Shown in pieces: positions 40,322 through 49,632 of a stretch of DNA of 64,000 nucleotides. The translations under genes were made by a program, and so were the position numbers. The DNA is from an uncultured cyanobacterium (lineage in GTDB: Bacteria > Cyanobacteriota > Cyanobacteriia > Cyanobacteriales > Nostocaceae): assembly GCA_963740315.1 (NCBI GenBank), contig CAVUDP010000001.1, positions 736,001 through 800,000 of the forward strand, in the 5' to 3' direction. The notes below the pieces were generated by a model. That model was given only the letters and a program-made list of their open reading frames with translations, was not told the origin of the DNA and made no database searches. Within the stretch, counting starts at the first letter, position 1; each line of letters opens with the position of its first letter.

Positions 40322-41281
40322 TTAAACAACACATTCTTCCAACTGACTTATAATTTTTTCAGTATCTAAATTTATGCCGATAAAAACCAGTTGATTAGAT
40401 GGAGTTGTCGTCCATTCATCCCTTTGAAAATTACAGCGTTTACCGCTAAGTTGAAAAATATGTCGTAGTTTACTTCCTTGATACCAGATAATTCCTTTTC
40501 CTCTATATACTGTTTTCGGTAGTTCGTCTAAAAATTTATTAAACTTTTCAACACTCAAAGGTTTATCGCTTTGGAAGGAAACGGACATAAAATTATCTTG
40601 CTGCAACCGATTCATAGATGAGTCAACATTATGCTGTAATGAAAACGAAAGCGGTTTTAAATTAGATTCACTCACATCTAAAATCAAAGGTAAAGGAATT
40701 TCCCCGTATTCAGAACGAATAATTTTAGCATCATTTTTAACTGAATTAATATATTCTTCAACTTCCTGAAGTTTTGCATCTGATACTAAATCTATTTTAT
40801 TTAATATAATAATATCTCCATAGATAACTTGCTCTAAAGCGATTTTGCTTTCAAAACAATCGGAATTAAAATTTTCTGCATCAACAACTGTTAAAATAGA
40901 ATCTAAACGAGTCACATCCCTCAAATTACTACTAGTAAAAGTCATCATTAACGGTATGGGTTCGGCTAAACCTGTAGTTTCAATAACTATATAATCGATA
41001 TTATTACGCTCTAAAACTTGATTTACAGCATCTATTAAACTAGCATTAATCGTACAACAAATACAGCCGTTACTAAGTAGCATCATATCGCGATCGATAG
41101 ATACTAAAAGCTGACTATCAATATTTATTTCGCCAAATTCATTGACTAGAACAGCTATTTTTAAATTTTGGCGGTTGGTCAAAATTTGATTTAACAAAGT
41201 AGTTTTACCACTTCCGAGAAATCCTGTAATAATTGTCACGGGTGTTTTTTGTTTGGGAAGTTGAAATCTTTGGATCATCAC
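40322..41281 (-). CDS. CobW/COG0523 family GTPase metallochaperone
   Basis: TGFLGSGKTT, NEFGE, NGCICC, IETTGLA, LNKID, YRGKG, NQLVFIG. Confidence 0.95.
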   Translation of the reverse strand: MMIQRFQLPKQKTPVTIITGFLGSGKTTLLNQILTNRQNLKIAVLVNEFGEINIDSQLLVSIDRDMMLLSNGCICCTINASLIDAVNQVLERNNIDYIVIETTGLAEPIPLMMTFTSSNLRDVTRLDSILTVVDAENFNSDCFESKIALEQVIYGDIIILNKIDLVSDAKLQEVEEYINSVKNDAKIIRSEYGEIPLPLILDVSESNLKPLSFSLQHNVDSSMNRLQQDNFMSVSFQSDKPLSVEKFNKFLDELPKTVYRGKGIIWYQGSKLRHIFQLSGKRCNFQRDEWTTTPSNQLVFIGINLDTEKIISQLEECVV

Positions 41282-41450
41282 TATTTATTAACAGCTAGTT
41301 GTCTGTCTCATAAAGAATGCCGGGTGAGGGGGAAGAGGGGGAAGAGGGGGAGAGGGGGAAGAGGGGGGAGAAAAAACTTTCTGTTTTTAGGATACACCCG
41401 TCAGAATTAATGTGGTGGAGTACGAGTAGTCTGTCTTATTAATTTTGATA

Positions 41451-41510
41451 GGTTTGTAGTAAGGGCATTGGTTCCCTCCGGATTTAGAGCTAAAGCCCTT
41501 ACTACGAACC
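41451..41510. repeat. GTAG-REP family 2 element
   Basis: GGTTTGTAGTAAGGGCATTGG...GCTAAAGCCCTTACTACGAACC; related copies at 40249, 60450, 63131, 63197. Confidence 0.8.
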
Positions 41511-41515
41511 TTTGT

Positions 41516-41610
41516 CTAAGAGGTGCCGAAAATTTAACACCAGAACAAGTTAAAGCAGCTAATAACTGGGAAAAAGCAGACTACAATCCAGAATTTCGCA
41601 AACAACGCCG
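41516..41610 (+). pseudogene. Relic 3' end of a pentapeptide-repeat protein gene
   Basis: Translates LRGAENLTPEQVKAANNWEKADYNPEFRKQ, resembling the C-cap of cyanobacterial pentapeptide proteins; no upstream gene body. Confidence 0.65.
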
Positions 41611-41786
41611 GTTTATCTCGGTCAAAAATTAGTGAAATAATTAGTTAAATATGAATATTCAAAAAACCTTTCTAGTAACTGTTTTTAAAGATTAAACGAA
41701 ATATCATGTGCTTGAAATGCAGTTTTGTGAAATTTCTGTAAAGTCGAAAATAGCAAAACCAATCCTTCAAAAGGAGAGAGCAGGAG

Positions 41787-42950
41787 ATGCTTCGCCGTTT
41801 TTTCAGTAAAACCCCCATAGCTCTTAAACAGTTAATGAAAGAAAAAAACTGTTTTGGAGTTGCTGTAGCTGGTATTGCTTTTGCCAATATTCTAATTTTT
41901 TCCCAAATGGGGTTTGAAGCCTCATTATTTGATAGTTCAACCGCACCACACAAGAGTCTAAATGCCGATTTGGTGATAGTTAATCGCTATTTTGAGTCTA
42001 TATATTCAGTCAAAGACTTTCCTCGACGACGGTTACATCAGGTTTTAGGATTTGAAGGAGTAGAATCGGTAAGTCCTTTGTACATCAGTTCCGGAAGATG
42101 GAAGAATCCGCAAACCCTTCACACCCAGACTATTTTAGTGTTCGGTACCGATCCGCGCACCACAGCATTTAAGTCTCCTCAAGTCAACCAAAATATTTCG
42201 CAATTACAGAAGCCCAACACGATATTATTTGACCAAACATCCTTACCAATATTTGGTCCGATAGGCACTTTATTTCAACAGCAATCAGTTGAAACCGAAC
42301 TTAATGGTTTAAAAATTCGAGTTGGTGGCTTATTTAGCTTGGGTGCATCTTTCGCAGCATATGGCAATGTAATTACCAGCGATACAACATATTTACAATT
42401 GTTTCCTCAGTCTTCTATTACTAAAGTTAAACTTGGCTTGGTTAAACTCAAAAAAGATGCCGATATCAAACAAGTTAGAAAAAACCTAGAAGCTGCTTTA
42501 CCCGAAGACGTAAGGATTTACACGGTACCAGATTTTGAAGCCGCAGAAAAAGCTTATTGGGCAGAAACCACACCCATCGGTTTTGTATTTGGCTTTGGCG
42601 TAATTATTGCTTTTATTGTCGGTACTATGACGGTGTATCAAATTATGTATTCCGATGTTGCCACTCATCTACCGCAATACGCTACCCTCAAAGCAATGGG
42701 ATATCGCGATCGCTATTTAGTAGGAGTATTAATCCAAGAATCATTAATCTTGGCTATATGCGGCTACATTCCAGCGTTTGGAGTATCTTGGTTAATTTAT
42801 GAACTTGCAGCCTATGCCACACTGCTACCTATATATATGACTCTGCAAAGAAGTATTACGGTATTTCTGTTGACAGTAATTATGTGCTTGATTTCCGGTA
42901 CCACAGCGATTAGAAAATTAAAATCTGCCGATCCTGCCGATATGTTTTAA
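41787..42950 (+). CDS. DevC-family ABC exporter permease
   Basis: AVAGIAFANIL.F.QMGF..SLF, TPIGFVF, YQIMYSDV..HL.QYATLKAMGY, ADPADMF. Confidence 0.9.
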   Translation: MLRRFFSKTPIALKQLMKEKNCFGVAVAGIAFANILIFSQMGFEASLFDSSTAPHKSLNADLVIVNRYFESIYSVKDFPRRRLHQVLGFEGVESVSPLYISSGRWKNPQTLHTQTILVFGTDPRTTAFKSPQVNQNISQLQKPNTILFDQTSLPIFGPIGTLFQQQSVETELNGLKIRVGGLFSLGASFAAYGNVITSDTTYLQLFPQSSITKVKLGLVKLKKDADIKQVRKNLEAALPEDVRIYTVPDFEAAEKAYWAETTPIGFVFGFGVIIAFIVGTMTVYQIMYSDVATHLPQYATLKAMGYRDRYLVGVLIQESLILAICGYIPAFGVSWLIYELAAYATLLPIYMTLQRSITVFLLTVIMCLISGTTAIRKLKSADPADMF

Positions 42951-43009
42951 ATTTTAGGAGTGGCGATCGTCATCGTCTAAGTTTGCTTTGTTGAGGAGTG
43001 GATAAACAT

Positions 43010-43660
43010 ATGCCAATTACAAATTTGCTGACAGCAGGTGGGATAGTAATGATACCCCTGCTGTTTTTCTCGTTATTAGTAGTAGCGTTAATCATCGAAC
43101 GAATTCGGTTTTGGGTAAAAATAAACAGCCGTCAAACCCGCGTAGTAGAAGAAGTACTTAAGCTTTATCGTCGGGATAATGTCGTTAGTGCTTTGGAAAA
43201 ACTACAGTCTAATACCGACTTACCAATTGCTCGGATATTTTTAGCAGCCTTAGAATTAGAAGAAGCAAACCCAGAAGAATTTCGTCTGGCATTAGAAAGC
43301 GAAGCACAAGCCGAAATACCTTTACTAAAACGCTTTCAAAATATTTTTGATACGGTGATTTCTCTTTCACCTTTACTAGGACTTTTAGGAACAGTTTTAG
43401 GCTTAATTGCCTCTTTCGCTTCACTCAACCTTGGTAACATTGGAGCTAGCCAAACAACAAACGTTACAGGAGGAATCAGCGAAGCATTAGTTTCCACAGC
43501 AGCAGGATTAATAGTTGCTATTTTTACATTATTATTCGCCAACACATTCCGGGGATTATATCAGCGACAAATCGCATTAATTCAAGAATACGGTGGACAA
43601 TTAGAATTACTTTATCGTCGTCATTACGAACGGGGAGACAAGTTAAGAGTTAAGAGTTAA
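43010..43660 (+). CDS. exbB: ExbB/MotA/TolQ proton channel
   Basis: GGIVMIPL, SPLLGLLGTVLGLI, GISEALVSTAAGL. Confidence 0.9.
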   Translation: MPITNLLTAGGIVMIPLLFFSLLVVALIIERIRFWVKINSRQTRVVEEVLKLYRRDNVVSALEKLQSNTDLPIARIFLAALELEEANPEEFRLALESEAQAEIPLLKRFQNIFDTVISLSPLLGLLGTVLGLIASFASLNLGNIGASQTTNVTGGISEALVSTAAGLIVAIFTLLFANTFRGLYQRQIALIQEYGGQLELLYRRHYERGDKLRVKS

Positions 43661-43900
43661 GAGTTAGGAGTTATGAGTACTTCGACAAGCTCAGTAACCT
43701 TTAGGAGTTATGAGTTAAGAGTTAGGAGTTAGAAGTTAGGAGTTAGAAGTTAGTTAATAGTTTAAATTTCTCCCCATCTCCCCATCCCCCCATCCCCCCC
43801 TCTCCCCATCCCCCCCTCTCCCCATCTCCCCCTCTACCCCCTCTACCCCCTCTACCCCCTCTACCCCCTCTCCTTCCTCTACCCAATTCCCAATTCCCAA
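43641..43900. repeat. Composite STRR (GTTAAGA/GTTAGGA/GTTATGA) plus C-rich tract, with an embedded CTTCGACAAGCTCAG motif
   Basis: Read directly; begins inside the last codons of exbB. Confidence 0.9.
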
Positions 43901-43905
43901 ATAAA

Positions 43906-44310
43906 ATGAAACTACCAGAAGAACCAGATATTCCAGCACAAATTAATATCGTTCCGATGATTGATGTGATATTCGCGATTTTGGCGTTTTTCATCATGTC
44001 ATCGTTATTTTTAACTAAATTAGAAGGATTGCCAGTAAATTTACCCAAGGCATCATCGGCACAACAGCAGCAAGCTACCGAACCGATCGCCGTCACAATA
44101 GACCAATTAGGTGAAATTAGCTTGAATCGACAACCAATTACCCTCGATAATTTAGAAGCAAAAATCAAAAATGTAGCCAGCGCTAATGGAGAACGATTAG
44201 TAATAGTTAATGCAGACGAAAGAGTCACTCACGGAAAAGTCGTAGCTGTCATGGATAAATTGCGAGAAATACCCGGAGTTAGATTGGCGATCGCGACTGA
44301 AAAACCATAA
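43906..44310 (+). CDS. exbD: ExbD/TolR biopolymer transport protein
   Basis: INIVPMIDVIF, VNLPKA, NAD..V.HG.VV.VMD. Confidence 0.93.
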   Translation: MKLPEEPDIPAQINIVPMIDVIFAILAFFIMSSLFLTKLEGLPVNLPKASSAQQQQATEPIAVTIDQLGEISLNRQPITLDNLEAKIKNVASANGERLVIVNADERVTHGKVVAVMDKLREIPGVRLAIATEKP

Positions 44311-44359
44311 GAAATATTTGCTAAAAAAAGATACGATTTTTATTCATGAGGATACAAAA

Positions 44360-44566
44360 ATGACTATTTGGGTAAACGAACAAATCGATCCCTCTGGACT
44401 AATTTACGCTTGTATTGCCTGCTGTAACGAGTCTCAAGCCAAAGATTGCCATGAGTCTTTCAAGCAAAATTTAAACGAAATACAGTTAGCATCCGGTTGG
44501 ATAGCGCGAATGAGAATAGTAGAATCCTGGGATGAAGTTCCAGTTAATTCCTTAAAACTAAATTAA
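44360..44566 (+). CDS. Small conserved cyanobacterial hypothetical protein
   Basis: MTIWVNEQIDPSGLIYACIACC...WDEVPVNSLKL; GAGG RBS before ATG 44360. Confidence 0.7.
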   Translation: MTIWVNEQIDPSGLIYACIACCNESQAKDCHESFKQNLNEIQLASGWIARMRIVESWDEVPVNSLKLN

Positions 44567-44695
44567 TAGTAATCATTAATTTTTTATTGATAATTGTTCG
44601 TTGATAACTGATAATTAATAATTGATGATATTATCCCAAATTATAGTTACTATCTATAACAAAGGATAAAAATTTGGAAAAACCCTATTAAATTA

Positions 44696-45256
44696 GTGAG
44701 CTATCCAAAAATTTTCTCTCCCAAACAAGACTATAAAATCAACTTAGTCAGTCACAAGGGAGAAGAAATTCAAATTTCAGTTCATTCTCCCACTCGGTAT
44801 ATCTGTAATAATTGCGAACGGATATTACCAGATTGGAAAAACAACTTAGAAATGTCAGTGGCGATCGTTTTACAACAATCTCAGTTTGCACTTGTAGAAA
44901 GTTCGCCGCGAATAGAAACAGAAAAACAACGCTTGCGTTTCATATTCATGAAATTTGCTTGCGATGTCGCATTTGATTTACGAGATAAAAACTATTTAGC
45001 AGATTTAATAGATCCCCGTACTGGCTATCCATTACTATCTCGCCCCGGACAAATTCCTCATGATGACACTGCGGTTGTGAAAGCTTTATTAAAGTATCCA
45101 ATCATCTGCAACGATTGTCGTGTATTAATTCATCCCAAATGGGGCACGGCAGTTTATCCAAGTATTTTAATATCAGCAGCACCTAAAATTACCATTGCCC
45201 GGACAATTCAAAGCATTTCTAGCTTACACGGATGGGAAGAAAACAGTGAGCAGTGA
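44696..45256 (+). CDS. MMADHC/CblD-like protein
   Basis: I(S)VH.P, ETEKQRLR..F, ADLIDPRTGYPL, CRVLIHPKWGTAVYPSILIS.AP, resembling the CblD C-terminal domain. Confidence 0.75.
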   Translation: MSYPKIFSPKQDYKINLVSHKGEEIQISVHSPTRYICNNCERILPDWKNNLEMSVAIVLQQSQFALVESSPRIETEKQRLRFIFMKFACDVAFDLRDKNYLADLIDPRTGYPLLSRPGQIPHDDTAVVKALLKYPIICNDCRVLIHPKWGTAVYPSILISAAPKITIARTIQSISSLHGWEENSEQ

Positions 45257-45613
45257 GCAGTGAGCAGTGAACAGTTAGCAGTTACCAGTGAACAGTGAGC
45301 AGTTAGCAGTTAGCAGTTAGCAGTTAGCAGTTAGCAGTGAACAGTGAGCAGTTAGCAGTTACCAGTTAGCAGTTAGCAGTTAGCAGTTAGCAGTTAGCAG
45401 TTAGCAGTTAGCAGTTAGCAGTTAGCAGTTAGCAGTTAGCAGTGAACAGTTAGCAGTGAACAGTTAGCAGTTAGCAGTGAGCAGTGAACAGTGAACAGTT
45501 AGCAGTTACCAGTTACCAGTTAGCAGTTACCAGTTAGCAGTTAGTTAGTAATTAAAATTTCTACCCCCTCTACCCCCTCTACCCCCTCTCCCCCCTCTCC
45601 CCCCTCTCCCCTC
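45244..45613. repeat. Long STRR array (~40+ heptamers CAGTTAG/CAGTGAG/CAGTGAA/CAGTTAC) followed by a C-rich tract
   Basis: Read directly; fills the space between convergent genes. Confidence 0.95.
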
Positions 45614-46690
45614 TCAACTCTTCTTCGGCTTCCGCAATGGCTTAGCATCTATCGGTCCAAGCATCCTATTCAGGGCGCGTAATTGTTCTGCTGTTCCCAT
45701 GCCTATCATTACATCCCCTGACATTAAAATAGTATCTGCTGTGGGACCGCCAATTAAGTCGCCATTAGCACGACGAATCGCTAAAACTAATGCTCCAGTT
45801 TGCGCTCGCAATCTTGCTTCTCCTAAACTTTGACCGACAAAAGGACAAGTATTATGGTCAATTAAAACTTCTTCCATGTAAAGTTCGCGACCTCTTCCTG
45901 ATATAATGCCGTCTACGAAATCCATGACTTGGGGTCTTAAAGCAGCAGCAGCCATTCTTCTACCGCCGGTGATGTAGGGTGAAACTACTGCATCTGCACC
46001 GCCTCGCTGAAGTTTTTGTACCGCTTCTTCCGTACTGGCGCGGGCGATCGCTCGAATTCGCGGGTTAAGTGTTTTTGCGGAGAGTACTATATATAAATTT
46101 TCCGCATCCGATGGTAATGCAGCAACAATACAAATAGCTTTGTCTATTTTTACAAGCATCAGCGTTTCATCTAAAGTTGCATCACCTTGATATATGGTGT
46201 AACCTTCTTCTTGAGCTTTTCTTACAGTATCTACTTCCGAATCAACAATTACGAAAGATACACCTTCCGCCTCAAATTCTTGGGCAATCTGACGACCTGT
46301 ACGACTAAATCCGCAAATAATATAATGTCTAGATAATGATTCCATTGTTCGCCGTTGTTGTCTGAGTCGAATTCCTTCTTGAAAATATCCTTGAATTACG
46401 GCTTCTGTAAATCGATTAACAATATAACCGATGGTAACTATGCCCATTAAAATTAGGGCGATCGTAAATAATCTTCCTCGGCTTCCTAAAGGCTGAGTTT
46501 CTGAATAACCAACCGTTGACAAGGTAATGAACGTCATGAAAGTAGCGTCTTCCCACGTCCAACCTTCTACAAATCTGTACCATAAAGTTCCCGTCAGCAA
46601 CACGCCGCAAAGTGCTAATGTTCCAATCATTAACTCTTTTTGGATACGACGATATTTTTGTTCTAATATCGAGTAAACGGGTTTTCTCAT
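45614..46690 (-). CDS. Potassium channel protein with TrkA-N/TrkA-C (RCK) domains
   Basis: Pore filter TLSTVGY, CGFSRTG, GDAT, GADAVVSP, LAIRR. Confidence 0.92.
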   Translation of the reverse strand: MRKPVYSILEQKYRRIQKELMIGTLALCGVLLTGTLWYRFVEGWTWEDATFMTFITLSTVGYSETQPLGSRGRLFTIALILMGIVTIGYIVNRFTEAVIQGYFQEGIRLRQQRRTMESLSRHYIICGFSRTGRQIAQEFEAEGVSFVIVDSEVDTVRKAQEEGYTIYQGDATLDETLMLVKIDKAICIVAALPSDAENLYIVLSAKTLNPRIRAIARASTEEAVQKLQRGGADAVVSPYITGGRRMAAAALRPQVMDFVDGIISGRGRELYMEEVLIDHNTCPFVGQSLGEARLRAQTGALVLAIRRANGDLIGGPTADTILMSGDVMIGMGTAEQLRALNRMLGPIDAKPLRKPKKS

Positions 46691-46935
46691 CGCTCTCCAA
46701 TACAAACCGTTCGCCAATGTAAATAAAATTACGAATAAATTTCCCGTTCCTTGTAATATTAAGTACTATCTATTTAGTTATCAAGTATAATTAGTTTTTG
46801 ATTTATCGATTATTAAATTGCGTATAAAAAATTGTGTTACCAGACGACAATGAATGGTAACATTATTTGCTACGAATAAAAACTATTTAATATGCTCTTT
46901 CCCGAAGCGATGGTTATAGAGCATAAAAGCAAGAA

Positions 46936-47679
46936 CTAATCTAACTCATCGGGATTTACCCCCAACTCACGCAATTTTTCGGCTAATTTTTCAATTTTTC
47001 TTTGTGCTGCTTCTGCTTCTTGTTTTGCAACAGTTAATTCCTCCTCAGGTACGGGTATCAATTCTCCTTCTAACGTAAACCACCGCAACCATAATCTATC
47101 AATATTGCGAAATGAACCGAACCATAATCCCAAACTTAATCCTAATTCTGGTATGGGTACAGTTCCTTGAGTAATATCTACCGCTTGATAATGTCCACCA
47201 ACTAAATGAAATGCCTGTATCTCGTTGGTATAGCGACTAAATACTATATAGTAGGGAATCCGTAAAACCTGCTCGTAAACTTTCCACTTTGTAGGTGGTT
47301 TATTAGCTTTACTTTCCGTTTCTCCCAATTCTTCTTCCGTACCGGGAGATAATAATTCAACTACGACAAAAGGATTTACCCCCTCTTGCCAAGTTACATA
47401 ACTCAAACGTAAATCTCGTCCTTCATATAGCTTTGGTACCCCTACAACACCAAACCAATCCGGACGTTTATACCACTGCGGATGTCGGACATCATAATAT
47501 AAATTGAGATCGGCAGCGCTGTAAACTTGTTCTTGACTCCAATTAACGGGAAGAAACGTTAAAAACAACAATAAAGGTTGTAAAAAGTGGAAATCGTCTT
47601 TCTCACTAGGTAGATCGTACATTGTCGGTAAAGTTTCACTAGGAGGAAGAGGTGGTTCGGATTGAGGAATTGAAATCAT
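46936..47679 (-). CDS. Uma2 family endonuclease-like protein
   Basis: LPTMYDLPSE, DLNLYYD, KRPDWF, VVVELLSPGT, LWLRW, LRELGVNPD. Confidence 0.88.
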   Translation of the reverse strand: MISIPQSEPPLPPSETLPTMYDLPSEKDDFHFLQPLLLFLTFLPVNWSQEQVYSAADLNLYYDVRHPQWYKRPDWFGVVGVPKLYEGRDLRLSYVTWQEGVNPFVVVELLSPGTEEELGETESKANKPPTKWKVYEQVLRIPYYIVFSRYTNEIQAFHLVGGHYQAVDITQGTVPIPELGLSLGLWFGSFRNIDRLWLRWFTLEGELIPVPEEELTVAKQEAEAAQRKIEKLAEKLRELGVNPDELD

Positions 47680-47806
47680 TGTTAGAAATGGGCATGGGGA
47701 ATTGGGCATGGGGCATTGGTAATTTTATAATTAATGCCTTTTCTACCAGGGTATCTTCTATAATTAAAAAGTTGTTTTTAGTTAATTTGTTGTATAAATT
47801 TAGTTA

Positions 47807-48571
47807 TCAAGCAACATTGTAATCAACATCAGCATTATCTACAATTGGCTGATATTCATTACCACCAAAAGGATTAAAACCGGGTTGCCATTCTGCTGTT
47901 AAATTACACAGTAAGCGTAGTTGTAACGGTGTTGGTGCAGGGTTCACTCTTTCAACTCGAACTTTAATATGGTTGGGATTGTCTTTTATTAATATATGAA
48001 AATCATTATTTATATAGCGCGGACAATAGCCTATATTATAATGGTCTTCCGTACACAGCATTAATGCATTGCGATCGTAAGGATTTTGAAACTCATGGGA
48101 CAAATATAATAATTCGTCTTTTTTTAATTCAAGAATCCTTTCAACTGAAGATGATGGAAAATATCTTAACCCACGTGTAAAAAAAATAATATGATATAAA
48201 CCGTTTTTATCTTTAGTTGGACAAGGGAACACTTCTAGAGTATCTGTAGCTTTTTTACCGCCACTACGAGCTAAAAGATTAATCGGTTCGTCATCCCGCT
48301 CATGAATATTTAGCCGTTCAATATAATTTTTATAGTCGGGACGAGAACGACGCATAATTCGATTGGAGAATAAAGGAAAAATTAATTCTGATTTATATAC
48401 TTTATTAAAATCGGGAAAAGAATATAAACCAGTAAAACCGCATTTAGCTTGAGCCGATTCAACACCTTTTACGTATACAAATTGATATTCTTCCCCATCA
48501 TAAGTTAAGCGACCAACGGGAAACCATTCACGAGTATTTGGGTCTTGCCAAGCTAAGAATAGGATTGTCAT
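47807..48571 (-). CDS. HIRAN-domain protein with a HipS/HipA-N-like N-terminal domain
   Basis: N-term LFLAWQDP...VGRLTYDGEEYQFVY...LFPLFSNR-like segment; C-term RGLRY, EFQNPYDRNAL, IGYCPRY (HIRAN NxxDxxA / GY.PR). Confidence 0.8.
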   Translation of the reverse strand: MTILFLAWQDPNTREWFPVGRLTYDGEEYQFVYVKGVESAQAKCGFTGLYSFPDFNKVYKSELIFPLFSNRIMRRSRPDYKNYIERLNIHERDDEPINLLARSGGKKATDTLEVFPCPTKDKNGLYHIIFFTRGLRYFPSSSVERILELKKDELLYLSHEFQNPYDRNALMLCTEDHYNIGYCPRYINNDFHILIKDNPNHIKVRVERVNPAPTPLQLRLLCNLTAEWQPGFNPFGGNEYQPIVDNADVDYNVA

Positions 48572-48689
48572 ATTAAAGAATTATTTAGACACAACACATT
48601 AAAAGATGTATGTCAGTTATACAAAATATTTTACTTCGATCTCGGAGTACAATAATACGATTGAGTAAGACTACTATAGATAACTGTTT

Positions 48690-49586
48690 TCAGAGACTTT
48701 CACGCAGTTTAAGCAATCTACTTTGATTCAATTCCAGTATTTTCTGTGCAAATTCGATAGCGGTTGCTGATATGCGTTCTTTCGGAATACGTTCAAATAG
48801 TTCTAAAGTTGTTGCAGATGATATTTTTGCTAGATAATCTAACCATAATAAAGCTGCATTGGGATAACATAGCGCAGCTTGATAAAATGCATCAATAGTT
48901 TTGAGTGGTTTGTTTTCTTCAACGTTGGCATAAAGCACCGAACGACATTTTTTTACGTATCCTTGTATAGAATTATTTAGTTTTTCTTGGCGTTTTATAT
49001 CTAATAACTCTCTACCAAGACAAGAAGCATGGTCATAAGTAGGGGATAAATAAGTTTTATCTGCTAAATTAACAAATGCCCAATTTTCATGATGTCTATC
49101 TGTATTGCCAATCCAAGCATCTAAAAGTAAATAGCCAACAAAAATTTCGACTGCGTTGCTTATACCTTCGGGTGGAGTCCATTTTGCAGGTAAATTAATT
49201 GAATCTGAGGCGATCGCATCTAATACAGAATTGATTGTATGTTGAGAAAGGTTTTTAGAATCTGTTGGATAACTTGGTAATATCCTAGACAAAATTTCAT
49301 TACCAAAAGTAAGACTACCTCCTTCTAGTAAAAACGATGGTGAGATGATTCCTCTCTCTCCTTTGAATATGGCTAATTCATATTTTGCGTGGGGTAAATG
49401 CAATAACTCGCATAACTCTGCCGCAATCTTTTCTGACCAATCTTCACCTGTATCAGGTCTGTTTTTTTTATACAAGCAGCGACCAAGAGTTTCATCGTCA
49501 AACCAAAACTTCTCTTTGGTTCCCATTTGCTCTTCTTCACCAGGAGCATCTGGCGAAATTTGAATAATAGGAAAATAATCAGCCAT
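48690..49586 (-). CDS. HipA-like Ser/Thr kinase
   Basis: MGTKEKFW loop, GEDWSEKIAAEL, DAWIGNTDRHHENW catalytic loop, LSPTYDHASCLG Mg-binding motif. Confidence 0.88.
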   Translation of the reverse strand: MADYFPIIQISPDAPGEEEQMGTKEKFWFDDETLGRCLYKKNRPDTGEDWSEKIAAELCELLHLPHAKYELAIFKGERGIISPSFLLEGGSLTFGNEILSRILPSYPTDSKNLSQHTINSVLDAIASDSINLPAKWTPPEGISNAVEIFVGYLLLDAWIGNTDRHHENWAFVNLADKTYLSPTYDHASCLGRELLDIKRQEKLNNSIQGYVKKCRSVLYANVEENKPLKTIDAFYQAALCYPNAALLWLDYLAKISSATTLELFERIPKERISATAIEFAQKILELNQSRLLKLRESL

Positions 49587-49632
49587 GATGTATTATTTCA
49601 AGTGTTACATCATGGCAAAAATAAACTATCAC

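Noticed and set aside
45244..45550. CRISPR array
   Set aside because: Pure heptamer tandem repeat without unique spacers; no cas genes.
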